From: Patescibacteria group bacterium
GTDB lineage: Bacteria; Patescibacteriota; Patescibacteriia; JACRDY01
NCBI GenBank assembly: GCA_041671565.1
Contig: JBAZBH010000002.1
Span: 32,000-95,999 of the forward strand
Reading direction: 5' to 3'
DNA: 64,000 nucleotides
A program made the translations under genes and the position numbers. Position 1 is the stretch's first letter; each line of letters starts with the position of its first letter. Positions 28,827-38,963 of this stretch are shown in pieces. A model generated the notes under the pieces. It had not been told where the DNA came from and searched no databases. It saw nothing but the letters and a program-made list of their open reading frames with translations.

Positions 28827-29681
28827 ATGACCGAAGTGAATTATTTTAAGATTATCAAAAAGCATTGGCAGCTGCTCGCCGCCATGACGATTGCGGTTGT
28901 GTTAGTTAGCTTACTAATCACGGCTTTTTTGCCGTTCAAATACCGTTCCACGGTCCAACTTCTAGTGATTGAAAATCAGGCCGGTTGGGACGCTTACTCT
29001 GCCATCCGTTCGGCTGAGCAGATTAATAGCAACTTGGCGTATCTGATTAATACCACTTCTTTCCGCGATAAAGTCCTGCATTACGGTTTTGTGCGGCAAG
29101 ACAGTTTCCCGGCCGATCCGCTCAAGAGAAAATCAGCTTGGACTGACGCCATCAGCACTTACGCTGTGCCGCAGACCGGCATTTTGAAGATTGATGTTTA
29201 CCATCGCAGCCAGACTGAAGCGACGGCGATTGCCAAAAGCATCGCTTACGGCCTGGTGACCTCCGGCCGCGAGTATCTCGGCTCCAGCCAGGTGGAAATT
29301 AAAATCGTTGACGAGCCGCTGACTTCCCGTTATCCGGTCAAACCGAATGTCCCCTTGAACTTGGGCGCGGCTTTGGTTTTGGGCGCTCTCTTTTCGGTCG
29401 GTTATGTTTTGGCGTTTAGTGAGAGTTTAGAAAAGAAAGCTCAAATGCGCGCTGAGCGGGCCGCCAGAGTCGCGGCGGTTAAACCGGATTTTGGGCAAGT
29501 CGAGTCGCCGGTTGAATTGCCAAGGGAAGAAGACAACTTAGTCGCGGTGCCGGTTTTTGGCGGGGAGCAGGAATTAGCGCCGGTGGCGGTGGCCGTGGAA
29601 CTAGAGCCGGAGGCGGGCATGGTTAGCGCTGTAGATAAGGAGAGTGATTTTTATAAGATGTTGTTCCCGGAGAGGAACTGA
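28827..29681 (+). CDS. Wzz/CapA-like polysaccharide chain-length regulator
   Basis: KKHWQLL, N-terminal TM, YRSTVQLLV, PVKPNVPLN plus second TM. Confidence 0.85.
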   Translation: MTEVNYFKIIKKHWQLLAAMTIAVVLVSLLITAFLPFKYRSTVQLLVIENQAGWDAYSAIRSAEQINSNLAYLINTTSFRDKVLHYGFVRQDSFPADPLKRKSAWTDAISTYAVPQTGILKIDVYHRSQTEATAIAKSIAYGLVTSGREYLGSSQVEIKIVDEPLTSRYPVKPNVPLNLGAALVLGALFSVGYVLAFSESLEKKAQMRAERAARVAAVKPDFGQVESPVELPREEDNLVAVPVFGGEQELAPVAVAVELEPEAGMVSAVDKESDFYKMLFPERN

Positions 29682-29685
29682 CGGG

Positions 29686-29941
29686 GATTTAAGATTTAAG
29701 ATTTAGGATTTAAGATTTAAGAATGGTGGTAATCAGCGTCTAAACCTCTAAATACCATTTTAAGTTCAAAACCCTAAGTTCAAAGTTCAAATCAAGTTCA
29801 AAGGCCAAAACTCCAATAGTCTTTTGATTTTTGAACTTGATTTGAACTTTGCACTTTGAACTTTGGATTTTTAATCAAATTGTATTGTAGGATGTTAATT
29901 TACCGACCATTCTTAAATCCTAAATCTTAAATCCTAAATCT
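29686..29941. repeat. complete nested GATTTAA/AAAGTTC inverted element
   Basis: Outer arms gatttaag...aatggtggtaa / ttaccgaccattcttaaatc; inner arms aagttcaaatcaagttcaaa / tttgaacttgatttgaactt. Confidence 0.92.
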
Positions 29942-30164
29942 CATTTCTCCCCTAGAGCCTTGATTATCGTCGAACAACCCCTTGGTCGGCGGCCATCAAC
30001 GCTTTATATATTTGGCGCTGGGTTCTCTGAAAATTTAACGATAGATTAACAAAAGGTTTTATCAAGTAGTTTAAGTTAGTTAGTGTTCAGTAGTGTGTTG
30101 TACCCAAAACCAACCTCCACCAAGGCTTGATCGCCGCGGGGAGAAAACAGAAGGAGACAGGAAA

Positions 30165-31295
30165 ATGAAGAAATCGATGGTTCTGGTTTACGCGCTGGCG
30201 ATCAGTCTGGTCGTCAGCGGTCTGGTGCTGGCGGAGGATTTTCCACCATTTCGTATTGGCATGGAAGCGATACATCACTGTGAGGTTGGGGCCGAATATG
30301 GAAAACTACTGCCGGCGCAGACAATCCCCACACAACCCGGAGGCAATAGCCTTTGTCGGGTGGACGGAGGATATGCAGTTGGACAGGAACTCCTGCGACT
30401 GGTCAGAGCTGGTTGTTCGGAACCTAAGCAAGCCGTGCATGTTAAAAATGAGAGAATTAAAGCTGGGATGGATGCCTTAAAGAATGCCGGCTGGGATATG
30501 AGCCGGGTGATAAAAGGTAACCCGGTGCCCGGCTTCGCCGGAGTTATTGTGACTTGTTCCGAAGAAACCACTGCCTCTTACAGCAATGTCACCAACAACA
30601 TGGCGAAGGCCATGAACATACCGGAAACCAAGAAGATTTTGGATCCCGGCGAAGCGCCGAAGTGGCAATTGGAAGGCGAGGGTGAAACTTTGCACTGGGT
30701 GCAGTATTTACCCAAAGATCCGCCATCTGGCTTCGGCAGTGGCATTAATGTTCGCCTGATCCTACCAGTCCAGCTCTTCTGGGGCTGGTATCCGTTGCCG
30801 TTCAAAGATAAAGAAAAAGAGTTCAAAAACTACAGTGACCAGGAGGCGATGGATAACGATTGGGACGATGTCCAATCGTTTGACGCCCAGCTGGGGCTGG
30901 AGTTTCGGATCGACGAGCGTTGGCTGGCGAGATTAGCCGCCGGCGCCGGCGTCGCCCATGTATTGACCACTGACCCGGGTGTTACTGATAGGAGCCAGCA
31001 TAACTTCTGGGGCCCACGGGCCTTAGTTGAGGTTGGTTATTCCTGGCAGCAAACTGATTGGTGGCTGGTCCTGGGCAGCCAATACAGCGCTTTCCGCCTT
31101 TCAGAATCGTTCAAGGCGAGCGAAGGCGGATTTACCGCGCCGCACATAGGGGTCGGGTACGGATCCCTGTTTTTGAAAGCAGGCTATTTCCTGCACTGGT
31201 ACCAAGTTAACCCGGGAAACTCCGATGTCAAACTGGGTGGCGGTTTTGCCGCCATGATCGGTTTGGAACCCATATACCCCTCGATAACCGAGTAA
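30165..31295 (+). CDS. secreted protein with a beta-strand-rich aromatic C-terminal half
   Basis: SD aaggag; signal peptide MKKSMVLVYALAISLVVSGLVLA. Confidence 0.75.
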   Translation: MKKSMVLVYALAISLVVSGLVLAEDFPPFRIGMEAIHHCEVGAEYGKLLPAQTIPTQPGGNSLCRVDGGYAVGQELLRLVRAGCSEPKQAVHVKNERIKAGMDALKNAGWDMSRVIKGNPVPGFAGVIVTCSEETTASYSNVTNNMAKAMNIPETKKILDPGEAPKWQLEGEGETLHWVQYLPKDPPSGFGSGINVRLILPVQLFWGWYPLPFKDKEKEFKNYSDQEAMDNDWDDVQSFDAQLGLEFRIDERWLARLAAGAGVAHVLTTDPGVTDRSQHNFWGPRALVEVGYSWQQTDWWLVLGSQYSAFRLSESFKASEGGFTAPHIGVGYGSLFLKAGYFLHWYQVNPGNSDVKLGGGFAAMIGLEPIYPSITE

Positions 31296-31323
31296 AAACT
31301 CAAATCTCTGAAAGGAGAAAGCC

Positions 31324-33291
31324 ATGAAATGGCAAAACTGGTTCACTGCGTTCTTCATGATGGCGGCAGTTATACTGTTCGCCGGTTGCACTCCCGACAC
31401 GAATGATGACGGCACGGCTTCGGCCGACGCTTCGGCGACCGCTGATGACGATGCCGCCACGGACGACGACACCGCCGCGGATGATGATGCGGTGGATGAC
31501 GATGATGTTGATGATGATGTTGATGACGACGCCGATGACGACACCGCTCCGGTGTTGTGCGACGACGGCCTGTTCTGCAACGGCGTGGATACGGTTAACT
31601 CGGTGACGCAATTGTGCGTCCACACCGGCGATCCGTGCGTGGTTCAAGGTCTGGTCTGCAATGAAGCGACGAAGTCCTGCGACCCCGCCGCTACGACCAC
31701 GACCACGACGCCGCCAGCGACCACCACGACCACGGTAGCGCCGACGACAACGACGACCGTGGCTCCGACCACCACCACGACGATGGCGCCGACAACGACG
31801 ACCACGACGGTGGTGACGACGACCAGTACGACCACGACGACCGTGGGTACGCTGGTTTCCTGTTATGAAGACGCGGACGGCGACGGCTACGGTAACTGGA
31901 ATACAACGCCGGTTCAGTTCGTTGATGTCTGCCCGTTTGGCTACGCGTCGAACGGTACGGACTGCGACGAGACCGATGGGACAATTTATCCCGGTGCGCC
32001 GGAACAGCGTTATGGCATTGACAGCGACTGTGATGATGAACCGGCCGACTGCATTGACATGGTCGTAGTCAACGGTTTCTATTGCGTTGATTATGATCCG
32101 GAAACGGATATGCTGATGCTCTACGGCCCGCCGGACCAACTTGAATCCTGGAAATACCTCAACCATTTTGAAGAAAATGGGGTGACTTATTTCGATTATG
32201 TGGATGTGCCGTTCGAGGCATATTTCATGTGGTCTTTTACGGGTTGGGGCAACCGGTTCAATTTCAGCCAAATCGTCGGCGACGGCTGGTTCTATCTGGA
32301 TAACTCCCAGCCGGAGCTGGACGGGACGGAAGAAGACGCAGACGGCGTGGTCTTGAACCACGATCTCTTGGACTACGCCAACTGCGACCTGCCGACGGGT
32401 TGCGCGTTGGAAGCTTGGGGCCGTAATCCCCGTTCTTTGGTCAATGTGATGTCCGGCAGTTGGGATGATTATTGCATCGCGTTGACCATGAGCCTAGAAA
32501 ACCAAGGCGAATGGTTGGACGATGGCAATGGCAACGCCTTGGACTGGCTGGTGGCTTTGGACGAGTGTACGGCCGGCGCCGACAATACTGGCGTTGACAG
32601 CCAAGGAAGGCCGTTTTACTGGGTGAACACCGAGGATGTTCCTTGGATTCACTCCCAACAGTGCAGCCTATTAACGGTTCCGTCGGTTTTGAAGGCTTGC
32701 CTGGAAACGAAGGCGGAATTCGTCTTCTATATTCCTCCCGGCACGACCACGACGACGAGCACCACGACCACCACGAGCACCAGCACGACGACAGTGGCGC
32801 CCGGCACCACGACGACTGTGGCTCCGACGACCACGACGACGGTGGTGACCACGACTGTGGCTCCGACGACCACGACGACGGTGCCGGTGCTAAAGGGACT
32901 ATTAACCAACAACACCACGACCGATCAATTGGAGATTGATTGGCTGATCAGCGGTGGATTTGTTCTCGGCTTCCTGGAGCCATGGCCGAATACGGCGGAG
33001 ACACCGGTGGCGCTGGCAGGCATTGACCAAGTTTGCGTCGCGAGGAAGAATGGCTCGTGGCTGCAGACTTGCGTCGATTTTGATTCGGCCGGCAATGAAT
33101 TGATTTTTCCGTCGGCCGACGGAACCGTTACGACGGATTTCTGGCTGTGGATCAGTGACATCTTCGGTCAGGAGTATTGGCTTTACATTGACACTGTAAC
33201 GACGCCGTACGAGGCGCTGCGCTTTAACCTGGATGGTTTGGCAGCAGCAGCCGGCAGCGGCGACAAATGGTTACGACGAACCGCGCCGTAA
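31324..33291 (+). CDS. lipoprotein with Asp-rich and Thr-rich linkers and a MopE-like metal-binding motif
   Basis: Lipobox LFAG-C; DDD repeats; VAPTTTTT repeats; CYEDADGDGYG...DCDETDGTIYPGAPE. Confidence 0.85.
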   Translation: MKWQNWFTAFFMMAAVILFAGCTPDTNDDGTASADASATADDDAATDDDTAADDDAVDDDDVDDDVDDDADDDTAPVLCDDGLFCNGVDTVNSVTQLCVHTGDPCVVQGLVCNEATKSCDPAATTTTTTPPATTTTTVAPTTTTTVAPTTTTTMAPTTTTTTVVTTTSTTTTTVGTLVSCYEDADGDGYGNWNTTPVQFVDVCPFGYASNGTDCDETDGTIYPGAPEQRYGIDSDCDDEPADCIDMVVVNGFYCVDYDPETDMLMLYGPPDQLESWKYLNHFEENGVTYFDYVDVPFEAYFMWSFTGWGNRFNFSQIVGDGWFYLDNSQPELDGTEEDADGVVLNHDLLDYANCDLPTGCALEAWGRNPRSLVNVMSGSWDDYCIALTMSLENQGEWLDDGNGNALDWLVALDECTAGADNTGVDSQGRPFYWVNTEDVPWIHSQQCSLLTVPSVLKACLETKAEFVFYIPPGTTTTTSTTTTTSTSTTTVAPGTTTTVAPTTTTTVVTTTVAPTTTTTVPVLKGLLTNNTTTDQLEIDWLISGGFVLGFLEPWPNTAETPVALAGIDQVCVARKNGSWLQTCVDFDSAGNELIFPSADGTVTTDFWLWISDIFGQEYWLYIDTVTTPYEALRFNLDGLAAAAGSGDKWLRRTAP

Positions 33292-33312
33292 TCGCATTTT
33301 ATTCACAACGCA

Positions 33313-33346
33313 CCGGGGGCTTGGCAACGAGCCCCCGATTTTTTTT
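33313..33346 (+). terminator. intrinsic terminator
   Basis: cgggggctt-ggcaac-gagcccccg followed by a T run. Confidence 0.8.
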
Positions 33347-33448
33347 AAAAAAGAGGGGAAAATGGTATAATTTAACTAGTTACTAGTTAACTACTGATTT
33401 TTTATATTAGGTGGTAAATCGGCGTTTTAATGGCAAAACACGGTTAGA

Positions 33449-33590
33449 ATGTCCAATAACCAAATTCCAATATCCAATCAATGCCCAATGCCAAAACTTC
33501 GTTATTGGACATTGGTCATTGGGTCCGCCGAATCGGCGGATGGACATTTGAGCTTGGTCATTGGTCATTGTTTTAAATCTTAAATCCTTC
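33449..33590. repeat. CCAAT/ATTGG family inverted element with TCCGCC hairpin insertion
   Basis: atgtccaataaccaaattccaatatccaatcaatgcccaatg / ttggacattggtcattgg; insertion at 33524-33540. Confidence 0.85.
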
Positions 33591-33593
33591 TTT

Positions 33594-35057
33594 GTGCCCC
33601 ATTCTCATTCAGCCACCAAAATCAACTCTGAAGTTCTATTAACCATCTGGTCCATCGCCCTGGTCGGTCTTTTTGTTTTCGGCAGTTGGTACTTTTCCCT
33701 GAATCTTTTTTGGCTGTATCTTTTGTGTTTGGCGCCGGTGGGTATCGCGATTTTGAAATATCCGGCGATTGGCGCTTATGTGATCGTGTTTTGCACGCTG
33801 GTGTTTGAACGCTGGTTCACTTTACAGTCCATTCCTTGGGGCGACCAGCTGATTAAGTTTTATCCACTGGATTTGATTATTGTCTTTTGGCTGGTGGCGG
33901 TGGTTATAAGGTTATTAGCCGGAGAGCAAAAGCCGGTCTGGCCAAACCGGAAATTAGTCTGGGGACTGGGCATATTTTTTGCCGTGGTGCTCTTGAATTT
34001 CATCCGGGCGATTTTTGCCAAAGAAATTGATTTGGCGCTTGCCTTTTCCACGGTTAAAAACTTCGCGCTTTACGGCGTGATTTACTGGCTGATGATTAAC
34101 AGCTTATTAAATAGGGAACAGTGGCGACGGTTTTGCGGCGCGCTCCTAGCCGGCGGTCTGGCGCTCTGCTACTTCGTGGTTTACGGTTTTCTCACCGGTC
34201 GCGGACTGTGGATTGAGTATGTGCCGCTCTCAACTTGGGGCACGCGCCTACTCGGCGGGCCGCATAGTTTTTATCTCTTGATTTTGATTATTCTCTTAAT
34301 CAGCTGGCTGGTCGGTTCGGAGCGGCGCTTTAGCCGGCAAGACTATTTATATTTAGCTTTACTTTTGGTTTTTGGCTTGGGCCTGGTCGGCTCGCTCCAG
34401 CGGCATTTATGGCTCGCTTTGCCGCTTGGCCTCGGCGTAACGCTCTGGTTTTATCGGCCGGCGGAAAGGTGGCGGTTTTTACGGCTCGCTGGCTTGGGAG
34501 TAATGGCGGTGGTTTTTATCTTGGCGCTGTCGTTTTGGCTCGCTTCCTGGGAGTCCAGCAATTTTTTACTCGGGAGCGATATTATTAAATCACTGCAACT
34601 CCGCGTAGTGTCTTTTTTCAACTCGGCAGTGGAGGACTCCAGCGCGTACTGGCGGGTGCGGTCGTGGCAGCAGGCTTGGGAGTGGTTTAAAACTAACCCG
34701 CTCTTTGGTGTCGGCCTCGGGCGGCTTTTGAATTTTCAAGTTGATGATGTTAAACATTATATTCCGATGCGCGACCTGCATAACGACTTTGTTTCCGTTG
34801 CCGTCCAAATGGGCCTGGCCGGCATTTTGGCGTTTCTTTTTATGCTACTGCAGATTGGTCGGAGTTTCTTGGCCGTTTATCGGCGTTTACCAACCGCTGA
34901 TCGCCTGGTGTATACTGGCTTTTTCAGCCTAGTCGTAGTTTTCTTTTTTGTCGCCAACTTCGGCGTTTATCTGGACCTGAATCTTTATGTGGTTTGGTTG
35001 TGGCTGTTTTTGGGCAGTTTGACGGTGATAGAGAGATTAAATGGCTTAAAAGGTTAA
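33594..35057 (+). CDS. O-antigen ligase/polymerase family membrane protein
   Basis: SAYWR, NPLFGVGLG, DLHNDF; GTG start at 33594 inferred downstream of the repeat. Confidence 0.85.
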   Translation: MPHSHSATKINSEVLLTIWSIALVGLFVFGSWYFSLNLFWLYLLCLAPVGIAILKYPAIGAYVIVFCTLVFERWFTLQSIPWGDQLIKFYPLDLIIVFWLVAVVIRLLAGEQKPVWPNRKLVWGLGIFFAVVLLNFIRAIFAKEIDLALAFSTVKNFALYGVIYWLMINSLLNREQWRRFCGALLAGGLALCYFVVYGFLTGRGLWIEYVPLSTWGTRLLGGPHSFYLLILIILLISWLVGSERRFSRQDYLYLALLLVFGLGLVGSLQRHLWLALPLGLGVTLWFYRPAERWRFLRLAGLGVMAVVFILALSFWLASWESSNFLLGSDIIKSLQLRVVSFFNSAVEDSSAYWRVRSWQQAWEWFKTNPLFGVGLGRLLNFQVDDVKHYIPMRDLHNDFVSVAVQMGLAGILAFLFMLLQIGRSFLAVYRRLPTADRLVYTGFFSLVVVFFFVANFGVYLDLNLYVVWLWLFLGSLTVIERLNGLKG

Positions 35058-35091
35058 AAATAGTGATAAATAATTTCGGTAATTAGGGTTT

Positions 35092-35221
35092 TAAGTTCAA
35101 AACCCAAAGATTCAAAGTTCAAATCAAGTTCAAAGGCCAAAATTGGCTTCACGCTGGTTCAAGGATAGTAATTTTGATATTTGAACTTGATTTGAACTTT
35201 GGATTTTGAACTTTGAGCTTC
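35092..35221. repeat. AAAGTTC family inverted element
   Basis: aagttcaaatcaagttcaaa / tttgaacttgatttgaactt. Confidence 0.88.
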
Positions 35222-35266
35222 TCATTATGTTTATTAGAATAAAGACCTTTTAAAGTAGCGCCAATT

Positions 35267-36484
35267 ATGAAGATCCTCCAGGTTCACAAGTTCTACTATC
35301 CTCACCGCGGGGCGGAGAGTTATTTTTTTAATCTAATTGAGTTACTAGAGAAACACGGGCACGAAGTGGCGCCTTTTGCTATGGCTGACGGTAAAAACCG
35401 CCCCAGCCCGTACGCGGACTATTTTACCGGGAAGCTTGATGTTAGCCGGCCGGATTATTCGCTCCGATCAATCAAGAAAATCGGCAAGATTATTTATAAC
35501 CGGCAGGCCAAGGCCGACGCCAGCCGGTTGGTTCAGAAATTTCGGCCGGATATTGTCCATGTTCATAATATCTATCATCAACTGTCGCCAGCGGTTTTAG
35601 AAGCGTTTAAGGAAGCCGGCTTGCCAGTGGTGATGACCGTGCATGACTTCAACCTGATTTGCCCCAATTATTTACTCTATACCCACGGTCGAATTTGCGA
35701 GCGATGCCAGGGCGGCCGGTTTTACAATTGTTTACTCCATCGTTGCATTAAAGATTCGTTTGGCGCTTCGGCCGTTGGCGCGGCGGCGGCTTATTTTAAT
35801 CGTCTCGCGCGGATTTATGAGAAAAATGTTGATCTCTATATCGCTCCCAGCCAGTTTTTGAAAAATAAACTGGTGGAGTTTGGTTTTCCGCCAGAGAAAG
35901 TGGTTGTCTTGCCGCATTTTGTCCCGGCGGCCAAAACTCCGGCTAAAGGCGCGGGCAAATATATTTTGTATGCCGGCGCGCTCCGCGGCAATAAAGGCGT
36001 TAAAGAATTGATCCGGGCGTTCCGTGAAGTTGAGTTTGATGCAGATTTGCAGATTGCCGGCGACGGGCCGGAGCGGGTTAACTTAGAAAAACTGGTTCAA
36101 AAATTGGGTTTGACCGAACGAGTTAAGTTCCTCGGCCAGTTAGCTCGCCCGGAGCTAACCGCCGTGATTCGACACTCGCGCCTAGTCGTAGTGCCGTCGC
36201 TTTATCACGAAGTTTTTGGCTTGGCGGCATTGGAAGCGTTGGCCGAGGGCAAGCCGGTACTCGCCTCGTCGCTTGGCGCGCTCCCCGAAGTGGTGACCGG
36301 CGAAGTCGGCCAGATCTTTAACCCGGCGGAAAAAGGCTCACTCGGCCGCAGTTTAAACTGGCTTCTTAGTCAACCGAATCTCGGCGCGATGGGGGAGAAA
36401 GGGTGGGAGGCGGTTAAAGAGAGGTATAGTTCGGCTGAGCATTATCAGAGGTTGTTGGAAATCTATAAGAGATTTAAGATTTAG
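35267..36484 (+). CDS. glycosyltransferase family 4
   Basis: PDIVHVHN, KGV, EVFGLAALEA (EX7E). Confidence 0.92.
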   Translation: MKILQVHKFYYPHRGAESYFFNLIELLEKHGHEVAPFAMADGKNRPSPYADYFTGKLDVSRPDYSLRSIKKIGKIIYNRQAKADASRLVQKFRPDIVHVHNIYHQLSPAVLEAFKEAGLPVVMTVHDFNLICPNYLLYTHGRICERCQGGRFYNCLLHRCIKDSFGASAVGAAAAYFNRLARIYEKNVDLYIAPSQFLKNKLVEFGFPPEKVVVLPHFVPAAKTPAKGAGKYILYAGALRGNKGVKELIRAFREVEFDADLQIAGDGPERVNLEKLVQKLGLTERVKFLGQLARPELTAVIRHSRLVVVPSLYHEVFGLAALEALAEGKPVLASSLGALPEVVTGEVGQIFNPAEKGSLGRSLNWLLSQPNLGAMGEKGWEAVKERYSSAEHYQRLLEIYKRFKI

Positions 36485-36711
36485 GATTTAAGATTTAAGA
36501 ATGTCGGTATCCGGTGTTTAAACCGATAACCGAGGTTAAAATGTCCAATATCCAAATCCCAATGTCCAATCAATGCCCAATGACCAAAGGTGGTAATCCC
36601 GAAGCGACCCCGTTGTGGCTTGGACATTGGTCATTGGGTCCGCCGAATCGGCGGATGGACATTGGAGCTTGGGCATTGGTCATTTATTCTTAAATCTTAA
36701 ATCCTAAATCT
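36470..36711. repeat. nested element: outer GATTTAA arms, inner CCAAT arms, TCCGCC insertion
   Basis: Left arm supplies the GT4 stop codon; insertion at 36639-36655. Confidence 0.9.
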
Positions 36712-36723
36712 TTTTCTTGAGCC

Positions 36724-38766
36724 ATGCCTAAATTCCGCCTAAATATCATCGCCCTTCTTACCGTGGCTAGTCTGCTCGCGGTGGCTTTTAGCTTTAAAAC
36801 AGCGACTGATGCCGGCACGGTGAGGCAGTTCCCGCGCCTTGCCAATTATTACCTAGAGACGCCGATCACCGACGATCAGGTGCCGCAGTTGGCCAAGTGG
36901 GATTTGTTGATTCTCGGCGTGCAAGCGCAAACGGTTTGCCCGGAGCAGATTCGGAAAATCCGCGCCTTGAATCCTAAAATTAAAATTCTCGCTTATGTTT
37001 TGTCCGAGGAATTTCGTTTCGGCGACTATCAACAAATCGAGTCGCCAACCGGGCCTTATCATCAGATTTTAGCGGGCATTCAAGATGGTTGGTGGATGCT
37101 ACAGCCTGATGGCAGTCGTTACTCATTTTGGCCCGGGCATCAGATGATTAATGTGACTGACGCGGCGGCGCCGAATAGCCAAGGTGACCGCTGGAACACT
37201 TATTTGCCGAAATTAATGCACGCTCAAGTGATGTCCACCGGGCTCTGGGATGGAATTTTTTATGACAATGTCTGGGGTTCGCTCGCTTGGCAGAACAACG
37301 GCAATTTTGACATTAACCGCGATGGTCAGAAAGATGACCCGGCGGTCCTTAATCAAGCTTGGAACGCAGGCATGCGGAAAATGCTGGCATTATCGCGCCA
37401 ACTGGAAGGCCCGGGCGCGATCATTATTGGCAACGGCAGTAATGAGTTTAAAGAGTCGCTCAACGGCCGGCTGATTGAGGGCGGGTCGTGGAGCGATTGG
37501 ACGACCGACCAGCAGAATTATGTTGATTTTATGCGGACCGGCCTGCCGCCGCAGTCCACGGTGGTTAATAACAACACGCAAAATCTCGGCGGGGAGAATA
37601 ATTACCGTTTGATGCGCTTTGGCCTGACTTCCACTCTCCTTGATAACGGCTATTACAGTTTTGACTGGGGCACCGAAGACCATAGCCAGCTTTGGTGGTA
37701 TGACGAATATAATGTCGATCTGGGCCGTCCGACCGGCGCCGCTTATAACCTAGATAACAGCTCGGCGGCAGTGGCGCGCGGCTTTTGGCGGCGGGATTTT
37801 GAGAACGGGGTAGTGTTTGTTAATGCGACTGCCGCGCCGCGAGTAGCGATTTTGGGTGAGGAAGAGCTGGAAAAAATCTCCGGCGGGCAAGATCGGGCGG
37901 TTAACGACGGCTCGCGCATCAATTTTGTCCGTCTGGGCGCGAACGAAGGGCTGATGGTTTTGCGGCCGCTTTCGGAAATCATTGGCAGCCCGTTCACCAA
38001 CGGTTATTTTGTCCGAGTGTTTAATACTACGGGCGTCCGCCAGCGGGGCGGCTTTTACACTTACAAAAAACAATTCGCGGGTTCGGCCAAAATTATCACT
38101 AGCGATATTGACGCGGACGGCGAGTGGGAAACCGTGGTGGCGTCGGGCGGCCGGGTGGCTATTTACGGTTCCAGCGGTTTATTGGAAAAGGCGTTCTGGC
38201 CGTATGGCGCGGCATATCGCGGCGCGATCAGCCTGGCGGCGGGCGAGACCAACAATGATGGCTGGCAAGAAATTGTAACCGCGCCGGGCGCGGGTGGAGT
38301 TGGCGCGGTGAAGATTTTTAACTGGCAAGGCGAAAACATCGGCCCAAATTTTTATGTTTACGGCGATAAATACCGCGGCGGGGTCAATTTAGCGCTGGGT
38401 GACTTGGACGGCAATGGCGCCAGTGAAATTATCGTTGGCGCGGCGACTGGCGGCCCGCAGCTGCGGATTTTTAATGGCGCTGGCAAATTAATCTCGGCCG
38501 GCTGGTTTGCTTATGACAAAAATCAGCGCGGCGGGGTTAGAATTGCCGCGGGTGATTTAACCGGTGACGGCCGGGCGGAGATCGTGACTGTGCCGGGCGT
38601 GGGCCAAAAGGCCGAAATCAAGGTCTGGAACAGCCGCGGCGTCATGCAAGGCCAGCCTTGGTTGGCGCTCGCCGCGACCAACCGCAGTGGCGCCGAAGTG
38701 GCGGTGAATGACATCAATCGGGATGGGATAATGGAAATACTGGTTAGTAGTCTTAATACTTTTTAA
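36724..38766 (+). CDS. secreted putative glycoside hydrolase with FG-GAP-like repeats
   Basis: Signal peptide; WDGIFYDN, IIIGNG; repeated GDLDGNG..EI motifs. Confidence 0.8.
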   Translation: MPKFRLNIIALLTVASLLAVAFSFKTATDAGTVRQFPRLANYYLETPITDDQVPQLAKWDLLILGVQAQTVCPEQIRKIRALNPKIKILAYVLSEEFRFGDYQQIESPTGPYHQILAGIQDGWWMLQPDGSRYSFWPGHQMINVTDAAAPNSQGDRWNTYLPKLMHAQVMSTGLWDGIFYDNVWGSLAWQNNGNFDINRDGQKDDPAVLNQAWNAGMRKMLALSRQLEGPGAIIIGNGSNEFKESLNGRLIEGGSWSDWTTDQQNYVDFMRTGLPPQSTVVNNNTQNLGGENNYRLMRFGLTSTLLDNGYYSFDWGTEDHSQLWWYDEYNVDLGRPTGAAYNLDNSSAAVARGFWRRDFENGVVFVNATAAPRVAILGEEELEKISGGQDRAVNDGSRINFVRLGANEGLMVLRPLSEIIGSPFTNGYFVRVFNTTGVRQRGGFYTYKKQFAGSAKIITSDIDADGEWETVVASGGRVAIYGSSGLLEKAFWPYGAAYRGAISLAAGETNNDGWQEIVTAPGAGGVGAVKIFNWQGENIGPNFYVYGDKYRGGVNLALGDLDGNGASEIIVGAATGGPQLRIFNGAGKLISAGWFAYDKNQRGGVRIAAGDLTGDGRAEIVTVPGVGQKAEIKVWNSRGVMQGQPWLALAATNRSGAEVAVNDINRDGIMEILVSSLNTF

Positions 38767-38791
38767 GGTTGTTTAAATTTCTAAGCATCGT

Positions 38792-38902
38792 TTAAAGTTC
38801 AAAACCCTAAGTTCAAAGTTCAAATCAAGTTCAAAGATCAAAAGGTGCCAGAGTTTTGGCTTTTGAACTTGATTTGAACTTTGGATTTTGGATTTTGCAC
38901 TT
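38792..38902. repeat. AAAGTTC family inverted element
   Basis: Inner part nearly identical to 27006-27115, including loop ggtgccagag. Confidence 0.88.
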
Positions 38903-38963
38903 CTGTTTGTGTTTATTGGTTTAAACGCCAACTACCACCAGCTTAAATTTATATTTAAAATAT

